Below are positions 1-11,764 of a stretch of 64,000 bases of DNA, piece after piece. The notes beneath the pieces are model-generated. The model had not been told where the DNA came from, did no database searches, and saw only the letters and a program-made list of their open reading frames with translations. Position numbers and translations under genes: made by a program. The stretch comes from Okamejei kenojei. Its lineage: Eukaryota. The stretch spans positions 35,836,001-35,900,000 of the forward strand of contig CM069154.1 of assembly GCA_035221665.1 (NCBI GenBank), in the 5' to 3' direction. Numbering within the stretch: position 1 is the first letter of the stretch; each line of letters starts with the position of its first letter.

Positions 1-2064
1 GGGAAGGTAGTGTCATCCGTGGATAACAAGGGAAATCAGGGATAGTATCAAAGCAAAGGATGATGCGTACAAAGTAGCCAGAAAAAGCAGCATACCAGAG
101 GACTGGGAGAAATTCAGAGACCAGCAGAGGAGGACAAAGGGCTCAATTAGGAAAGGAAAAATAGATAATGAAAGAAAACTGCAGGGAACATCAAAACTGA
201 CTGCAAAAGTTTTTATAGATATGTGAAGAGAAAGAGATTAGATAAAACAAATGTAGGTCCCTTGCAGTCAGAAACAGGTGAGTTGATCATGGGAACAAGG
301 ATATGGCGGACCAATTGAATAACTACTTTGGTTCCGTCTTCACTAAGGAAGACATAAATAATCTGCCAGAAATAGCAGGGACCGCGGGTCAAAGGAGGAA
401 TTGAGTGAAATCCAGGTTAGTCGGGAAGTGGTGTTGGGTAAAATTGAATGGATTAAATGCCGATAAATCCCCAGCGCCAGATAGGCTGCATCCCAGAGTA
501 CTTAAGAAAGTAGCTCAGGAAATAGTGGATGCATTAGTGATAATCTTTCAAAACTTTTAGATTCTGGAGTGGTTCCTGAGGAATTGGCGGGTGTAGCAAA
601 CGTACCCCTTCTTTTTAAAAGAGGGAGGGAGAGAGAAAACGGGGAATTACAGACCAGTTAGTCTAACATCGGTAGTGGGGAAACTGCTAGAGTCAGTTAA
701 ATTAAAGGTGGGATAGCAGCACATTTGGAAAGTGGTGAAATTCATTGGACAAAGTTAGCATGGATTTACGAAAGGTAAATCATGTCTGACGAATCTTGTG
801 GAATTTTTCGAGAATGTAACTATTAGTAGCGTGGATAAGGGAGAACCAGTGGATGTTGGTATATCTGGACTTCCAGAAGTCTTTCGACAAGGTCCCACAT
901 AAGAGATTAGTATACAAACCTAAAGCATTATGCATTAGGGGTTCAGTATTGATGTGGATAGAGGAACTGTCTGGCAAACAGGAAGCAAAGAGTAGGAGTA
1001 AACTGGTCCTTTTCACAATGGCAGGCATTGACTAGTGGGGTACCGCAAGGGCTCAGTGCTGGGACCCCAGCTATTTACAATATATATTAATGATCTGGAT
1101 GAGGGAATTGAAGGCAATATCTCCAAGTTTGCGGATGACCACTAAGCTGGGGGGCAGTGTTTGCTGTGTTGAGGAGGATGCTAGGAGACTGCAAGGTGAC
1201 TTGGATAGGCTGGGTGAGTGACAAATGTTTGGCAGATGCAGTATAATGTGGATAAATGTGAGGTTATCCACTTTTGGTGGCAAAAACAGGAAAGCAGACT
1301 ATTATTTAAATGGTGGCCGATTAGGGAAAGGGGAGATGCAGCGAGACCTGGGTTGTCATGGTACACCAGTCATTGAAAGTAGGCATGGAGGTGCAGCAGG
1401 CAGTGAAAAAAGCGAATGGTATGTTAGCTTTCATAGCAAAAGGATTTGAGTATAGGAGCAGGGAGGTTCTACTTCAGTTGTACAGGGTCTTGGTGAGACC
1501 ACACCTGGAGTATTGCGTACAGTTTTTGGTCTCCAAATCTGAGGAAGGGACATTATTGCCATAGAGGGAGTGCAGAGAAGGTTCACCAGACTGATTCCTG
1601 GGATGTCAGGACTGTCTTATGAAGAAAGACTGGATAGACTCGGTTTATACTCTCTAGAAATTAGAGATTGAGAGGGGATCTCCGAAACTTACAAAATTCT
1701 TAAGGGGTTGGACAGGCTAGATGCAGGTAGATTGTTCCGATTTTGGGGAAGTCCAGGACAAGGGGTCACAGCTTAAAGGTTAAGGAGGAAATCCTTTAAG
1801 ACCGAGATGAGAAAGACTTTTTTCACACAGAGAGTGGTGAGTCTCTGGAACTCTCTGCCACAGAGGGTAGTTGAGGCCAGTTCATTGGTTATATTTAAGA
1901 GGGAGTTAGATGTGGCCCTTGTGGCTAAGGGGATCAGAGGTGTATGGAGAGAAGGCAGGTACGGGATACTGAATTGGATGATCAGCCATGATCATATTGA
2001 ATGGCGGTGCAGGCTTGAAGGGCCGAAATGGCCTACTTCTGCACCTAATTGCTATGTTTCTATG
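1..2064 (+). mobile_element. CR1-clade LINE (HER1-like), ORF2 RT region and 3' UTR, frameshifted; runs off the window start
   Basis: Fragments [55 protein letters not shown]; ends in the CTATGTTT-type tail at ~2052-2064. Confidence 0.95.
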
Positions 2065-2325
2065 AACCACTTCCTTGATCATCGTTACTGTTTTTGCATA
2101 TCTTTTCTTTGTTCTCTATCTCTCTCTGTCTACATCATCGTCTATATCTTGTTTTCCTCTCCCCTGGCTCTCAGTTTTGAAGAAGGGTCTCGACCTGAAG
2201 AGTCCTCTCCAAAGATGCTGCCATTCCTTCTCTCCAAAGATGCTGCCTGCCCTGCTGAGTTACCCCAGCATTTTGTGTCTATATTTGGGGTAAACCAACA
2301 TTTGCAGTTCCTTCCTCTAGCTTTC
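2065..2325 (+). mobile_element. Penelope-like element terminal repeat (pLTR) fragment
   Basis: GAAGAAGGGTCTCGACC...GATGCTGCCTG...GCTGAGTTAC block shared with ~20 copies, including those that follow GIY-YIG relics at 11300 and 55460. Confidence 0.7.
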
Positions 2326-2412
2326 TAAACAGTTTTTGTTCTGCATCCCCCCCCCCCCCCCCCCCCCAAAATCCCAAACCCTATTTGTGGCCAGCAGCCA
2401 CAATCAGCCACC

Positions 2413-4430
2413 CAGGAGAAGGTGCTTGGGAAGCTGAACGGGCTAAAGGTAGATAAGTCACCTCGATCAGATTGACTGCACCCCAAGGTTCTGAAAGAGG
2501 TGGCTTTGGAGATTGTGGGGGCATTAATAGTGATCTTTCAAGAAGTCAGGAGTGCTTCCAGATTGAAAAATTGCCAATATTACCCCGCTGTACAAGAAGG
2601 GAGCAAAGCAGAATAGTGGAAACTATAGGCCGGTTAGTCTGACTTCAATGGTTGGTAAGTTTTTAATCCATTATAAAGAATGAGGTCAAGGAGTACTTAT
2701 GAGTTCATGATAAAGTAGGCCAAAGTCAGCATGACTTTTTGAAGGGGAAGTCTTGTCTGCTGAATGTGCTGGAATTCTTTGAAGAAGTAAATAGGACAGA
2801 CAAAGGAGAGTCAGTGGATGTTGCTTACCTAGATTTTCAGAAAGCCTTTGATAAGGTCCAACACGGGAGTCTGCTCAGGAAGATGAGAGCCCATGGTATC
2901 AAAGGGCAGGCATGGGTGGAAATCCTAGTGGGGGGGCACAGGCTCTGCGACCGGAGCCCTCAAGGTCGATTCCATTTGGAGGCCGCTAGCTCCTAGAATC
3001 TAGCAGCAGTTCCCAGGTCGGCTCGCCTGTCCCGGGACTGGTTCTATTGCCCAGGTCGACTGGCAGGTCTGGCTGTAACGCCCAGGTCCCCTAGGTGCCC
3101 TGGGAATGACTGCAGTTCCCAGGTCACCTGCGTGCCCCAGGTCTGGCTGTAGCCCCAAGGTTGGAGCGCTTGCCCCAGGACTGGCTACAGTTCCCAGGTC
3201 ACGAAAAGTAATTGAAAAATAATACACCTGCGGGCCGGATGATTTCGGGTTACAGGTCCGATCCAGCCCGTGGGCCGTTGGTTTCTGACCCCTGTCCTAG
3301 TGGCAGGCCTCATTGTGTTCTTCCCCCCCCCATGTTTTAAAAGCGATTTCCGCCCCCTGACGACAGGTACTAGCATGGATAGCAGGTTGGCTGCATGACA
3401 GAAGGCAAAGAGTGGCAATAAAGGGGGCCTTTTCTGGCTGGCGGCTAGTGACTAGCAGAATTCCGCAGAGGTCAGTGCTGGGGCCATTACCTTTCACGTT
3501 GTATATTAATGATTTGGATGAGGGGAGTGAAGGGTTTGTGGCAAGTTTGCAGATGGCACGAAAATAAGAGGAGGGGCAGGTAGTGTAGAGAAGGCATGGA
3601 CTCTGTAGAAGGACCTGGACAAGTTGGCAGAGAAGTGGCAGATGGAATATAGTGTAGCAAAGTGTGGAGTCGTGCACATTTGGTAGTAGGAATAAAGGCA
3701 TAGACTTATTTTCTAAATGGGGAGAGAATCCAAAAATCGGAGATGCAAAGAGTGTTGGTGCAGGATTTCCAAATGTTAATTTGCAAGTCATATCGGTAGT
3801 AAGGAAGGCAAATGCAATGCTAGCATTTATTACAAGAGGGCTAGAATGCAAAAATGTGGATGTAATGCTGAGGCTCTATTAGGCGCTGGTCAGGCCACAT
3901 TTGGAGTATTGTGAGTAATTTTGGGCACCATATCTGAGGAATGATGTGCTGGCTTTAGAGAGGGTCCAGAGGAGGTTCACAAGAATTATCCCAGGAATGA
4001 GTGGGTTAACATATGATGAGCGTTTGATGGCACCGGGCCTGTACTCGATGGAGTTTAGAAGAATGAGGGGGGGGGGACCTCATTGAAACTTACCGAATAG
4101 TGAAAGGCTTGGATAGAGTGAATGTGGGGAGGATGTTTTCACTTGTGGGGGAGTCTTGAACTAGAGGTCATAGCCTCAGAATTAAAAGACGTTCCTTTAG
4201 GAAGGAGATGAGGAGGAGTTTCTTTAGTAAGAGGGTGGTGAATCTGTGGAATTCTTTTGTCACAGAAGGCTGTGGAGGCTAAGTCAATGGATATTTTTAC
4301 AGCAGAGATGGACAGATTCTTGATCAGTACAGGTGTCAGTGGTTATGGGATTAGGAGGGAGAGATAGATCAGCCATGATTAGATGGCGGAGCAGACATGA
4401 TGGGCCGAATGACCTAATTCTGCTCCTATA
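2413..4430 (+). mobile_element. CR1 LINE ORF2/3' UTR relic interrupted by a DNA-transposon insertion at 2911-3359
   Basis: KGKSCLLNVLEFFEEV, YLDFQKAFDKV, KANAMLAFITRG; CR1 sequence resumes after 3367. Confidence 0.92.
2911..3359. mobile_element. Non-autonomous hAT-like element with internal CCCAGGTC minisatellite and a nested Charlie-like end
   Basis: Imperfect TIRs CATGGGTGGAAATC / GATTTCCGCCCCCTG; degenerate 8-bp TSD AGGGCAGG (2903-2910) / ACGACAGG (3360-3367); TCCTAGTG duplicated at 2923-2930 and 3295-3302 after GGTTTCTGACCCCTG. Confidence 0.65.
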
Positions 4431-4627
4431 ATTGGGACCCTATGACAGCCCTGCTGCTGTACACTGTTGTTGCATTGGTCAGAGCTGACTTCCCACAACC
4501 AGTTCTGCTGTTGTAACCATTACAAGATAAGTTTACACATCGTCTTTGTGTGGCACTGACTGGCTGGTGCTGATGCAATTTCTGGGCCCTGTCCAGACGT
4601 TGTCTCAATGTGGTTCAGGACAAGCGA

Positions 4628-5056
4628 AATAGACAATAGGTGCAGGAGTAGGCCATTCGGCCCTTCGAGCCAGCACCGCCATTCAATGTGATCATGGCTG
4701 ATCATCCCCAATCAGTACCCTGTTCCTGCCTTTTCCCCGTATCCCCTGACTCCACTATAAGAGCCCTATCTAGCTCTCTCTTGAAAGCATCCAGAGAACC
4801 TGCCTCCACTGCCGAGGCAGAGAACTCCACAGACTCACAACTCTCTGTGAAAAAAAGTGTTTCCTCGTCCCCGTTCTAAGTGGCTTACTCCTTATTCTTA
4901 AACTGTGGCCCCTGGTTCTGGACTCCCCCAACATCGGGAACATGTTTCCTGCCTCTAGTGTGTCCAACCCCTTAACAATCTTGTATGTTTCAATGAGATC
5001 CCCACTCCAGAGTGTACAAGCCTAGCTGCTCCATTTTCTCAGCATATGACAGTCAC
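4628..5056 (-). mobile_element. CR1 LINE 3' fragment
   Basis: GESRTRGHSLRIR, FFSQRVVSLW; CR1 3' UTR AGGTGCAGGAGTAGGCCATTCGGCCC. Confidence 0.9.
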
Positions 5057-5592
5057 AGATTGGTCAGAGTGGGAGTGAGATAAAACAGAGGTTCAACATT
5101 GCCCCTGTGAATTCAACACAGATATTACACAAAGTGGTCATCCAACCCATGTTCGGTTCCTCCATTGTACAGAAGCACACATTGTGAACAACGAATGTCC
5201 AGGGAATCACTGTTTCACTTGGAAGGACCTTTGTGTTCTTAGTTGGTGAGAAGTGGAGAGATAAAGGGAAAGATTAGGCATGGTTGTGGAATGATGTTGG
5301 AGGTGGTGGAAGCTGTGAAAGGTGATCCGTTGAATTAAGTCTGGTGGACAGCGAGGGCCAGGGATACGTTTGTCTTGCTCTGTTCAGGAGGAGCGTTGGT
5401 GACAGCAGAAACGTGGGAAATATTTGAGATGTAGTCGAGGGCTTTGTCAGCTGCGGTAGAGGAGGCAAAGCCTTGATTCAGAAGTAAGGGAGACAACTCA
5501 GCAGCACCTGGTGTAAAGTCTTGTCATTGGAGAAAATACAAAAAGACGGAAGAACTAGGAGAAAGGAATGCAGTCCTCACAGGAGGCAGGGT

Positions 5593-5646
5593 GGGGTGGG
5601 AGATTGTAACCTTCACGGGATCCACCCTGTCTTGACAAATGCAATC
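5593..5646 (+). ncRNA. Predicted minimal HDV/CPEB3-like self-cleaving ribozyme
   Basis: P1 GGGGUGG(5593-99)/CCACCCU(5622-28) with G1.U wobble; P2 GAUUGUA(5602-08)/UGCAAUC(5640-46); P3 ACC/GAU (one mismatch; ACC/GGU in copy 2); L3 UUCACGG; J4/2 CAAA(5636-39). Confidence 0.75.
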
Positions 5647-5735
5647 AACCCGGCCGTGCACAATCAAATAAGATCAAATAGAACAAGTTGTCCGACAACT
5701 TTAGGCTGTGCACGCTATATGAAAGAAGAAAAAGA
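5593..5735 (+). mobile_element. Short non-autonomous retroposon with an HDV-like ribozyme head and (AAG)n tail
   Basis: TSD AGGAGGCAGGGT at 5581-5592 and 5736-5747; AAG-rich tail; homologous copy on - at 22311-22424. Confidence 0.8.
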
Positions 5736-6599
5736 AGGAGGCAGGGTGGGAGGAAGTATAGTCAGGGTTTGCTAAGGGCTTGTACTGAATGTTTCTCACC
5801 TATCTATCCCCTTGACACGGACATTCAAAATGGGTCATGTGAAGGCGGGAGAGGGAGATTGCAGCAAAAGTCATGAAACATTTGTCCGAATACAGGAAGC
5901 AGCATCAGTGCAGGTGTTGATATCCGCAGGGGGAAAAAAAGCCGAGGCAGGGAGTCATTTAGGACTAAAATAAAGACTGCCTGACAAAACAGCAGTTCTG
6001 CCCATGGTCCATGTGAGTTTCCATAGCCACTGGAAAAAGTAAATGGAATTGAAAAACTAGTTAACGTGAGAATTAGCTCAGCCGTGCGAATGACCCTGTT
6101 GATAAAGGGGAATTGGTTGGGAATCTAATTAAGGAAGAAGCCGAGGGGCCTCGGTACCCCCTGAAGTACGATGAACGTGGATGCGGCTATGAAAATGGAC
6201 ACCGTCGAAAGTGGCAGAGGGTACCAGAGGTATCACAGATGTAAGGGAAGGGACTGGACCAGAGGAGAAAGGAGAAATGTAGGAAGGAATATGATTTTTC
6301 GAGCAATAGTAGGCATTATTACTGCCAGGCCAAACATATTATTTCTGTTTCAGGTATTCAGCATCTGCAATGTTTTGATTTTCACTGCCAAATGTCATTG
6401 CCTTGTGAAGTCTTGGTATCTACAAACAGACTGACTCTCCAAAATTATAAAGTGATGACATTACAAAATGTGGAAATTGTGGGAAATGCAGAAAACATTG
6501 TGCGTCTGGCTGCATTAGTGAAGGGAGAACCAGTTATCATGGAGACCAAGGAACTGCAGATGCAGGGTTACAAAAAAAGATACAAAGTGCTGGTGTAAA

Positions 6600-6832
6600 A
6601 GAGACGAGGAGGAATTTCTTTAGCGAGACGGTAATGATCTGTGGAATTCATTGCCACAGACGCTGTGGAGGCCATCATTGGATATTTTTAAAGTGGGGAT
6701 TGACAGGTTCTTGATTAGTAAGGGCATCAAAGGCTACGGGGAGAAGACATTGGTTGAGAGGGAAAGATAGATCAGCCATGATTGAATGGTGGAGTAGACA
6801 TGATGGGCCAAATGGCCTAACTCTGATCCTAA
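6600..6832 (+). mobile_element. CR1 LINE 3' end fragment
   Basis: TGTGGAATTCATTGCCACAG...GATCAGCCATGATTGAATGG CR1 3' block. Confidence 0.8.
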
Positions 6833-7269
6833 ACTGATGTCCATCTGTAACTCAACAGGTCAAGCAGCATCTCTGCAGAACATGAACCGGTGACCCATGA
6901 GTTACTCCAGCCTTTTGTCTTCACTTTGAACAGTTAACATTTCACATGGATTATCTTTCATTAAAACCTAAAGACCATTGACCTGAAAGGCTTATGCTGT
7001 TGCTTTATTCACGGGTGCTGTTAGGCCGTCTGAGAAATGTACCTTCAGACCAAGTTTCTTCAGATAAATGTTGATACCAATCTTCACAAAGAGATGGTGA
7101 TTCAGGTGAACTCAATGGAAGGGATAAGATACCATCCTCAAGGACAGTGAAGCCATTCTAGAAGAGAGACCTCAGGCAGCTGAATATATGCCTGCCAGTG
7201 TATGTGAGTTAAGGTAGGCGCACAAAGATAAAAGTGTGTTTTAGTCCTGAAAATTAAAGAATGAAGAGC

Positions 7270-8708
7270 ATAGAACATTATACATAGAAACATAGAAAAT
7301 AGGTGCAGGAGGAGGCCATTCGGCCCTTCGAGCCAGCACCGCCATTCATTGTGATCATGGCTGATCGTCCCCTATCAATAACCCGTGCCTGCCGTCTCCC
7401 CATATCCCTTGACTCCACTAGCCCCTAGAGCTCTATCCAACTCTCTCTTAAATCCATCCAGTGACTTGGCCTCCACTGCCCTCTGTGGCAGGGAATTCCA
7501 TAAATTCACAACTCTGGGTGAAAAAGTTTTTTCTCACCTCAGTCTTAAATGACTCCCCTTTATTCTAAGACTGTGGCCCCTGGTTCTGGACTCGCCCAAC
7601 ATTGGGAACATTTTTCCTGCATCTAGCTTGTCCAGTCCATTTATAATTTTATATGTTTCTGTAAGATCTCCCCTCATCCTTCTAAACTCCAGTGAATACA
7701 AGCCTAGTCTTTTCAATCTTTCCTCATATAACCCGCCACCCCAGGAATCAATCTTGTGAACCTACGCTGCACTGCCTCAATCACAAGGATGTCCTTCCTC
7801 AAATTAGGAGACCAAAACTGTACACAATATTCCAGATGTGGTCTCACTAGAGCCTTATACAACTGCAGAAGAACCTCTTTACTATACTGAAATCCTCTTG
7901 TTATGAAGGCCAACATTCCATTAGTTTTCTTCACTGCCTGCTGTACCTGTAAGCCAACTTTCAGTGACCGGTGGACAAGCTCGCCCAGGTCTCACTGTAA
8001 CTCCCCCTTAGCTAACCTAACCCCATTGAGATAATAATCTGCCCATTTGTTTTTGCCGCCAAAGTGGATAACCTCACATTTATCTATATTATACTGCATC
8101 TGCCCACTCACTCAACCTGTCCAGGTCACCCTGCAACCTCCTAACATCCTCTTCACAGTTCACACTGCCACCCAGCTTTGTGTCATCTGCAAACTTGCTA
8201 GTGTTGCTCCTAATTCCCTCATCCAAATCATTAAAATATATGGTAAACAGTTGCGGCCCCAACACCGGGCCTTGCGGCACTCCACTCGCCACTGCCTGCC
8301 ATTCTGAAAAGGACCCGTTCACTCCTACTCTTTGCTTCCAGTCTACCAACCAATTTTCTATCCATGTCAACACCCTACCCCCAATACCATGTGCTCTAAT
8401 TTTAGTCACCAATCTCCCGTGTGGGACCTTATCAAAGGCTTTCTGAAAGTCTAGATACACTACATCCACTGGCACCCCTTCATCCATTTTACTTGTCACA
8501 TCCTCAAAAAATTCCAGAAGATTAGTCAAGCATGATTTCCCTTTCATAAATCCATGTTGACTTGGACTAATCCTTTTACTGCTATCCAAATCCCCCATTA
8601 TTACCTCTTTAATAATTGACTCCAGCATCTTTCCCACCACCGAAGTCAGGCTAACTGGTCTGTAATTCCCTGTTTTCTCTCCCGCTCCTTTCTTGAAAAG
8701 TGGGAGAA
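7270..8708 (-). mobile_element. CR1 LINE, 5'-truncated, well-preserved RT
   Basis: ORF 8089-8640 with QHGFMKGKSCLTNL, YLDFQKAFDKVPH, GVPQGPVLGP, KFADDTKL; CATAGAAA tail repeats ~7271-7298. Confidence 0.96.
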
Positions 8709-8709
8709 C

Positions 8710-9225
8710 ATGTCCTTCATTTATAGCACGAGAACATGAGCTTCAGCCCACCTGCGCTGAATATGGTGCCGAGCCAAACTCTTATCTGGCTGCACATAAT
8801 CCATATTCCTCCATTCCCTGCATAGCCACGTGCCTATCTAAAACCCTCTTAAATGTCGCTTGTATCTACCTCCACCACCAACCCAGGCAGACATCTCCTT
8901 TAAACTTTGCCCTTCTTACCTTAAAATGATGCCCTCTAGCATTTGATATTTCCATCGTGGTAAAAAGGTTCTGCCTACCTTATCTATGCCTGTCATCATT
9001 TTATATACTTCTATCAGTTCTCTCCTCAACCTCCAGCGTTCCAGAGAAAACAATCCACGTCTGTCCAACGTCTGCTGGTTGCTAATGCCCTCTTAAACCA
9101 AGCATCATTCTGGTAAAGAAAGGAACTGCAGATCCTGCTGGAGAAACTCAGCGGGTGCAGCAGTCTAAAGCGAAGGAGATAGGCACATCCTGGTAAACCT
9201 CCTCTGCACCCGTTCCAAAGCTGGG
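8710..9225 (-). mobile_element. Older CR1 3' fragment with an embedded PLE piece
   Basis: Degenerate CR1 3' ORF/UTR; PLE block at ~9117-9185. Confidence 0.6.
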
Positions 9226-10543
9226 GCTTTACAGAAACTCTGCCATGATCCTACATGAAAAGTACTTAACACATGAGAAGCAAGTCACTCCGAGGAGTGT
9301 CTTTTCGCATAATGTGAATAACGTCTCACAAGATACACAGTACTTATCCTTTTCTATCCTCTCTGGCATATTCCAAACGTCACACGCTATACACCATTCC
9401 ATGAGAATTATACTCCTCATGTGCCACATTTATTATAAGAAACTGCGAATGAAGGAGCAGCGCCACAGCCAGACATAAAAACAGTTATTTTTCCACGAGC
9501 AGTAGCTCTACTCAATAGCCAAAAGTCTGTAGCCTCTTTTTACTCTGGTACTTTATGTTCACATGTTTAAATTATAATGTTTTATTTTAAATTGTCTGAT
9601 GTATATTGCATTTTTACCATGTGCAAGCAAAGCACCATGTCAATATACATCCTTGGCTAATAAACTTATTCTGATTCACTGATTCTGAAAGTCCTGGAGG
9701 CTAAAGAAGCACATTCCAACCTGACATGTTCTTTCACTGATGCATAATGAGACTAACCTGAAACCTGTTTTGCAACACGTTGGATTTTTTTTACTATAAA
9801 GGGACAGAGCTCCACTCTAAACAGAATACACGAACAGTACATGACACAGCAAACCAATTTAACAAGAATACTTATCATCTTTCCTTGATTAATCTTACAA
9901 ATCTACTGTGCTCATGAAAAATAATTGACATGCACAAACAGCCCAAAAAAGCCCAAATGTTGTTGAGTTGTGTCGTAATCCTTTGACAAAAGAAATGGTG
10001 GTACTGAACACTTGGTTAATTGTGAATGGATCGGAGAGAAAATACTGGTTAGACAATAACTGGTTTGTCTGATAACCAAAGATCCTATAGTGGAGCTATT
10101 GCTGATAACTGCAAGTGGATTTTTTGAAGAAGGTGTGAACCAGTGGTTCCACACCTCAAACATTTTTTTTCCTTAAATAGGACCCCACATTTCCTGGAAA
10201 TTGATGGTATTTCCTGAAATGTTCAAAAAAAGCTTCCTGCGTGCTATTTGTTCTTGTGTTTCTTTCGAGGGCACACATTAACAACACAAAGAAGAACAAG
10301 GCAAAACAGAACAAGGCAAACACCCTTTCCATTAATAAACCATTTGAAAGTGAACATTAGCAGATACAAATGTATATCTAACAAAACAAATTGCAAATGT
10401 AGGCTACACAACTGCACTTATTTTTTAATAGCCTGCTTCCAGCAATCAAACCCAGACAATGAACACAGTTAGCCTCTTAATATATAATATTAATATATAA
10501 TACGATATAAAAAACAAGCGCGGACCTGTTTGGTCCCCCTCCC

Positions 10544-10683
10544 CCAATGCAATAAGCGAGTTCGGTATTCCGACTGCACATGCCCAGGCCAAAGGTCACT
10601 CTGTATAAACATCCCTGGAATGCAGTAAAACAGTGGACCTTCATTTCTTCCATTTTTTCCAGCTTTGATTCTTCTAGGTAAGA
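10544..10683 (+). promoter_or_regulatory. Promoter-like cluster: CCAAT, DR1, TATA, then a splice donor
   Basis: CCAAT 10544-48; AGGCCAAAGGTCA 10586-98; TATAAA 10604-09; AG|GTAAGA donor at 10678. Confidence 0.35.
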
Positions 10684-11299
10684 AACTACTGCTTTCAAAC
10701 TGTGAAATAGTTGTATTTATTGTTCCTTTGTTAAAAGCGAAGATTATTTTGTCGTTTTTATAGCTTTGTGCTTTGGTGAGTGAGCGAGATCGTGCTCGTC
10801 GGTGTTGGGCCCGGATCTGTTGAGTTGCTGCTGGGCCGTCCCCATCCCCTCCCGTCGCTGTCCGAGGGGGGGGCAGAGGTGTCGCTGGTGCTCGGCTATC
10901 GTCGGCGCCGGAGGGGTTGGCCGCTGCCGGCCCCCGGCCTGTAGGAGAGCGGGGTTAGGCTGGGGTTGAGCAGCTTCTCCATGCTGGCTGTGGGCTTGGG
11001 GCTACTGGTGTCATCAGTCCGGGGTTGTCGGTTGGCCCGGCGGGAATGGAGCTGCGGTTGCCTGAAGAATTCCATTGCTTTCCACTATTCTGCTAATTTC
11101 AAGGCAATGGAATTCTTCAGCTCAACTCCCGCCAACCAGTCAGCGGAGAGACAATACATGATTACAATCCAGCCATCCACAGTGCACAGATACATGATAA
11201 AGGGAATAACGTGAAGAAGGTTTAGTGCAAGATAAAGCCAGTAAAGTCCAATTGTAGATAGTCCGAGGGTCTCCAAAGAGGTAGTTAGTAATTCAGCAC

Positions 11300-11762
11300 C
11301 GAACACCTCAGCTCAGTCCGCCTACGCTTATGCAATCTCCAGGTTGCTAAACACTTTAACTCCCCCTCCCATACTGACCTTGCTGTCCTGGGCCTCCTCC
11401 ACTGTCAGAGTGAGGTCCAATGCAATTGGATGAACAGCACCTCATATTTCACTTGGGCATCTTACAATCCAGTGCTATGATTTTGATTTCTCTAACCCTT
11501 GCTTTCCCTCTGTCTCCGTCCCTCCCCACCATAGTTCTCTGACTAGTTTCACTGTTTTTCTGATTAATTTTACTGATTGTATACCTTATCACCTTCCCCT
11601 CAGCCATTCTATATTTCCTTATCGTCTGCTTTGATCTGTTGTTTTCACACCTTACCCTTCCATATCCTTGGACTCCCTCTCCCCTGACTCACCAAAACAT
11701 CACCCATTCCTTATCTCCAGAGATGCTGTCTGTCCCGCTGAGTTACTCCAGCATTTTGTGTT
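11300..11762 (+). mobile_element. Penelope-like GIY-YIG endonuclease C-terminus and pLTR
   Basis: EHLSSVRL...VAKHFNSPSHTDLAVLGLLHCQSE...EQHLIFHLG followed by the pLTR block. Confidence 0.8.
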
Positions 11763-11764
11763 TA

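Larger units (their letters stand above)
5060..6290 (-). mobile_element. Highly degraded Penelope-like RT/EN relic
   Basis: Minus strand near 6000-6090 reads RTAELILTLTSFS...VAMETHM, resembling the PLE RT LAELVLTLNNF...GVAMGTRM motif; downstream EN-like remnants. Confidence 0.6.

Noticed and set aside
3005-3200. CRISPR-like spaced repeats (also 48400-48490 and 53695-53780)
   Set aside because: Eukaryotic minisatellites inside transposons; spacers are not unique and there are no cas genes
8089-8640. Reverse-transcriptase ORFs as a novel RT system
   Set aside because: Ordinary 5'-truncated, frameshifted CR1 ORF2 fragments (also 46769-47269)
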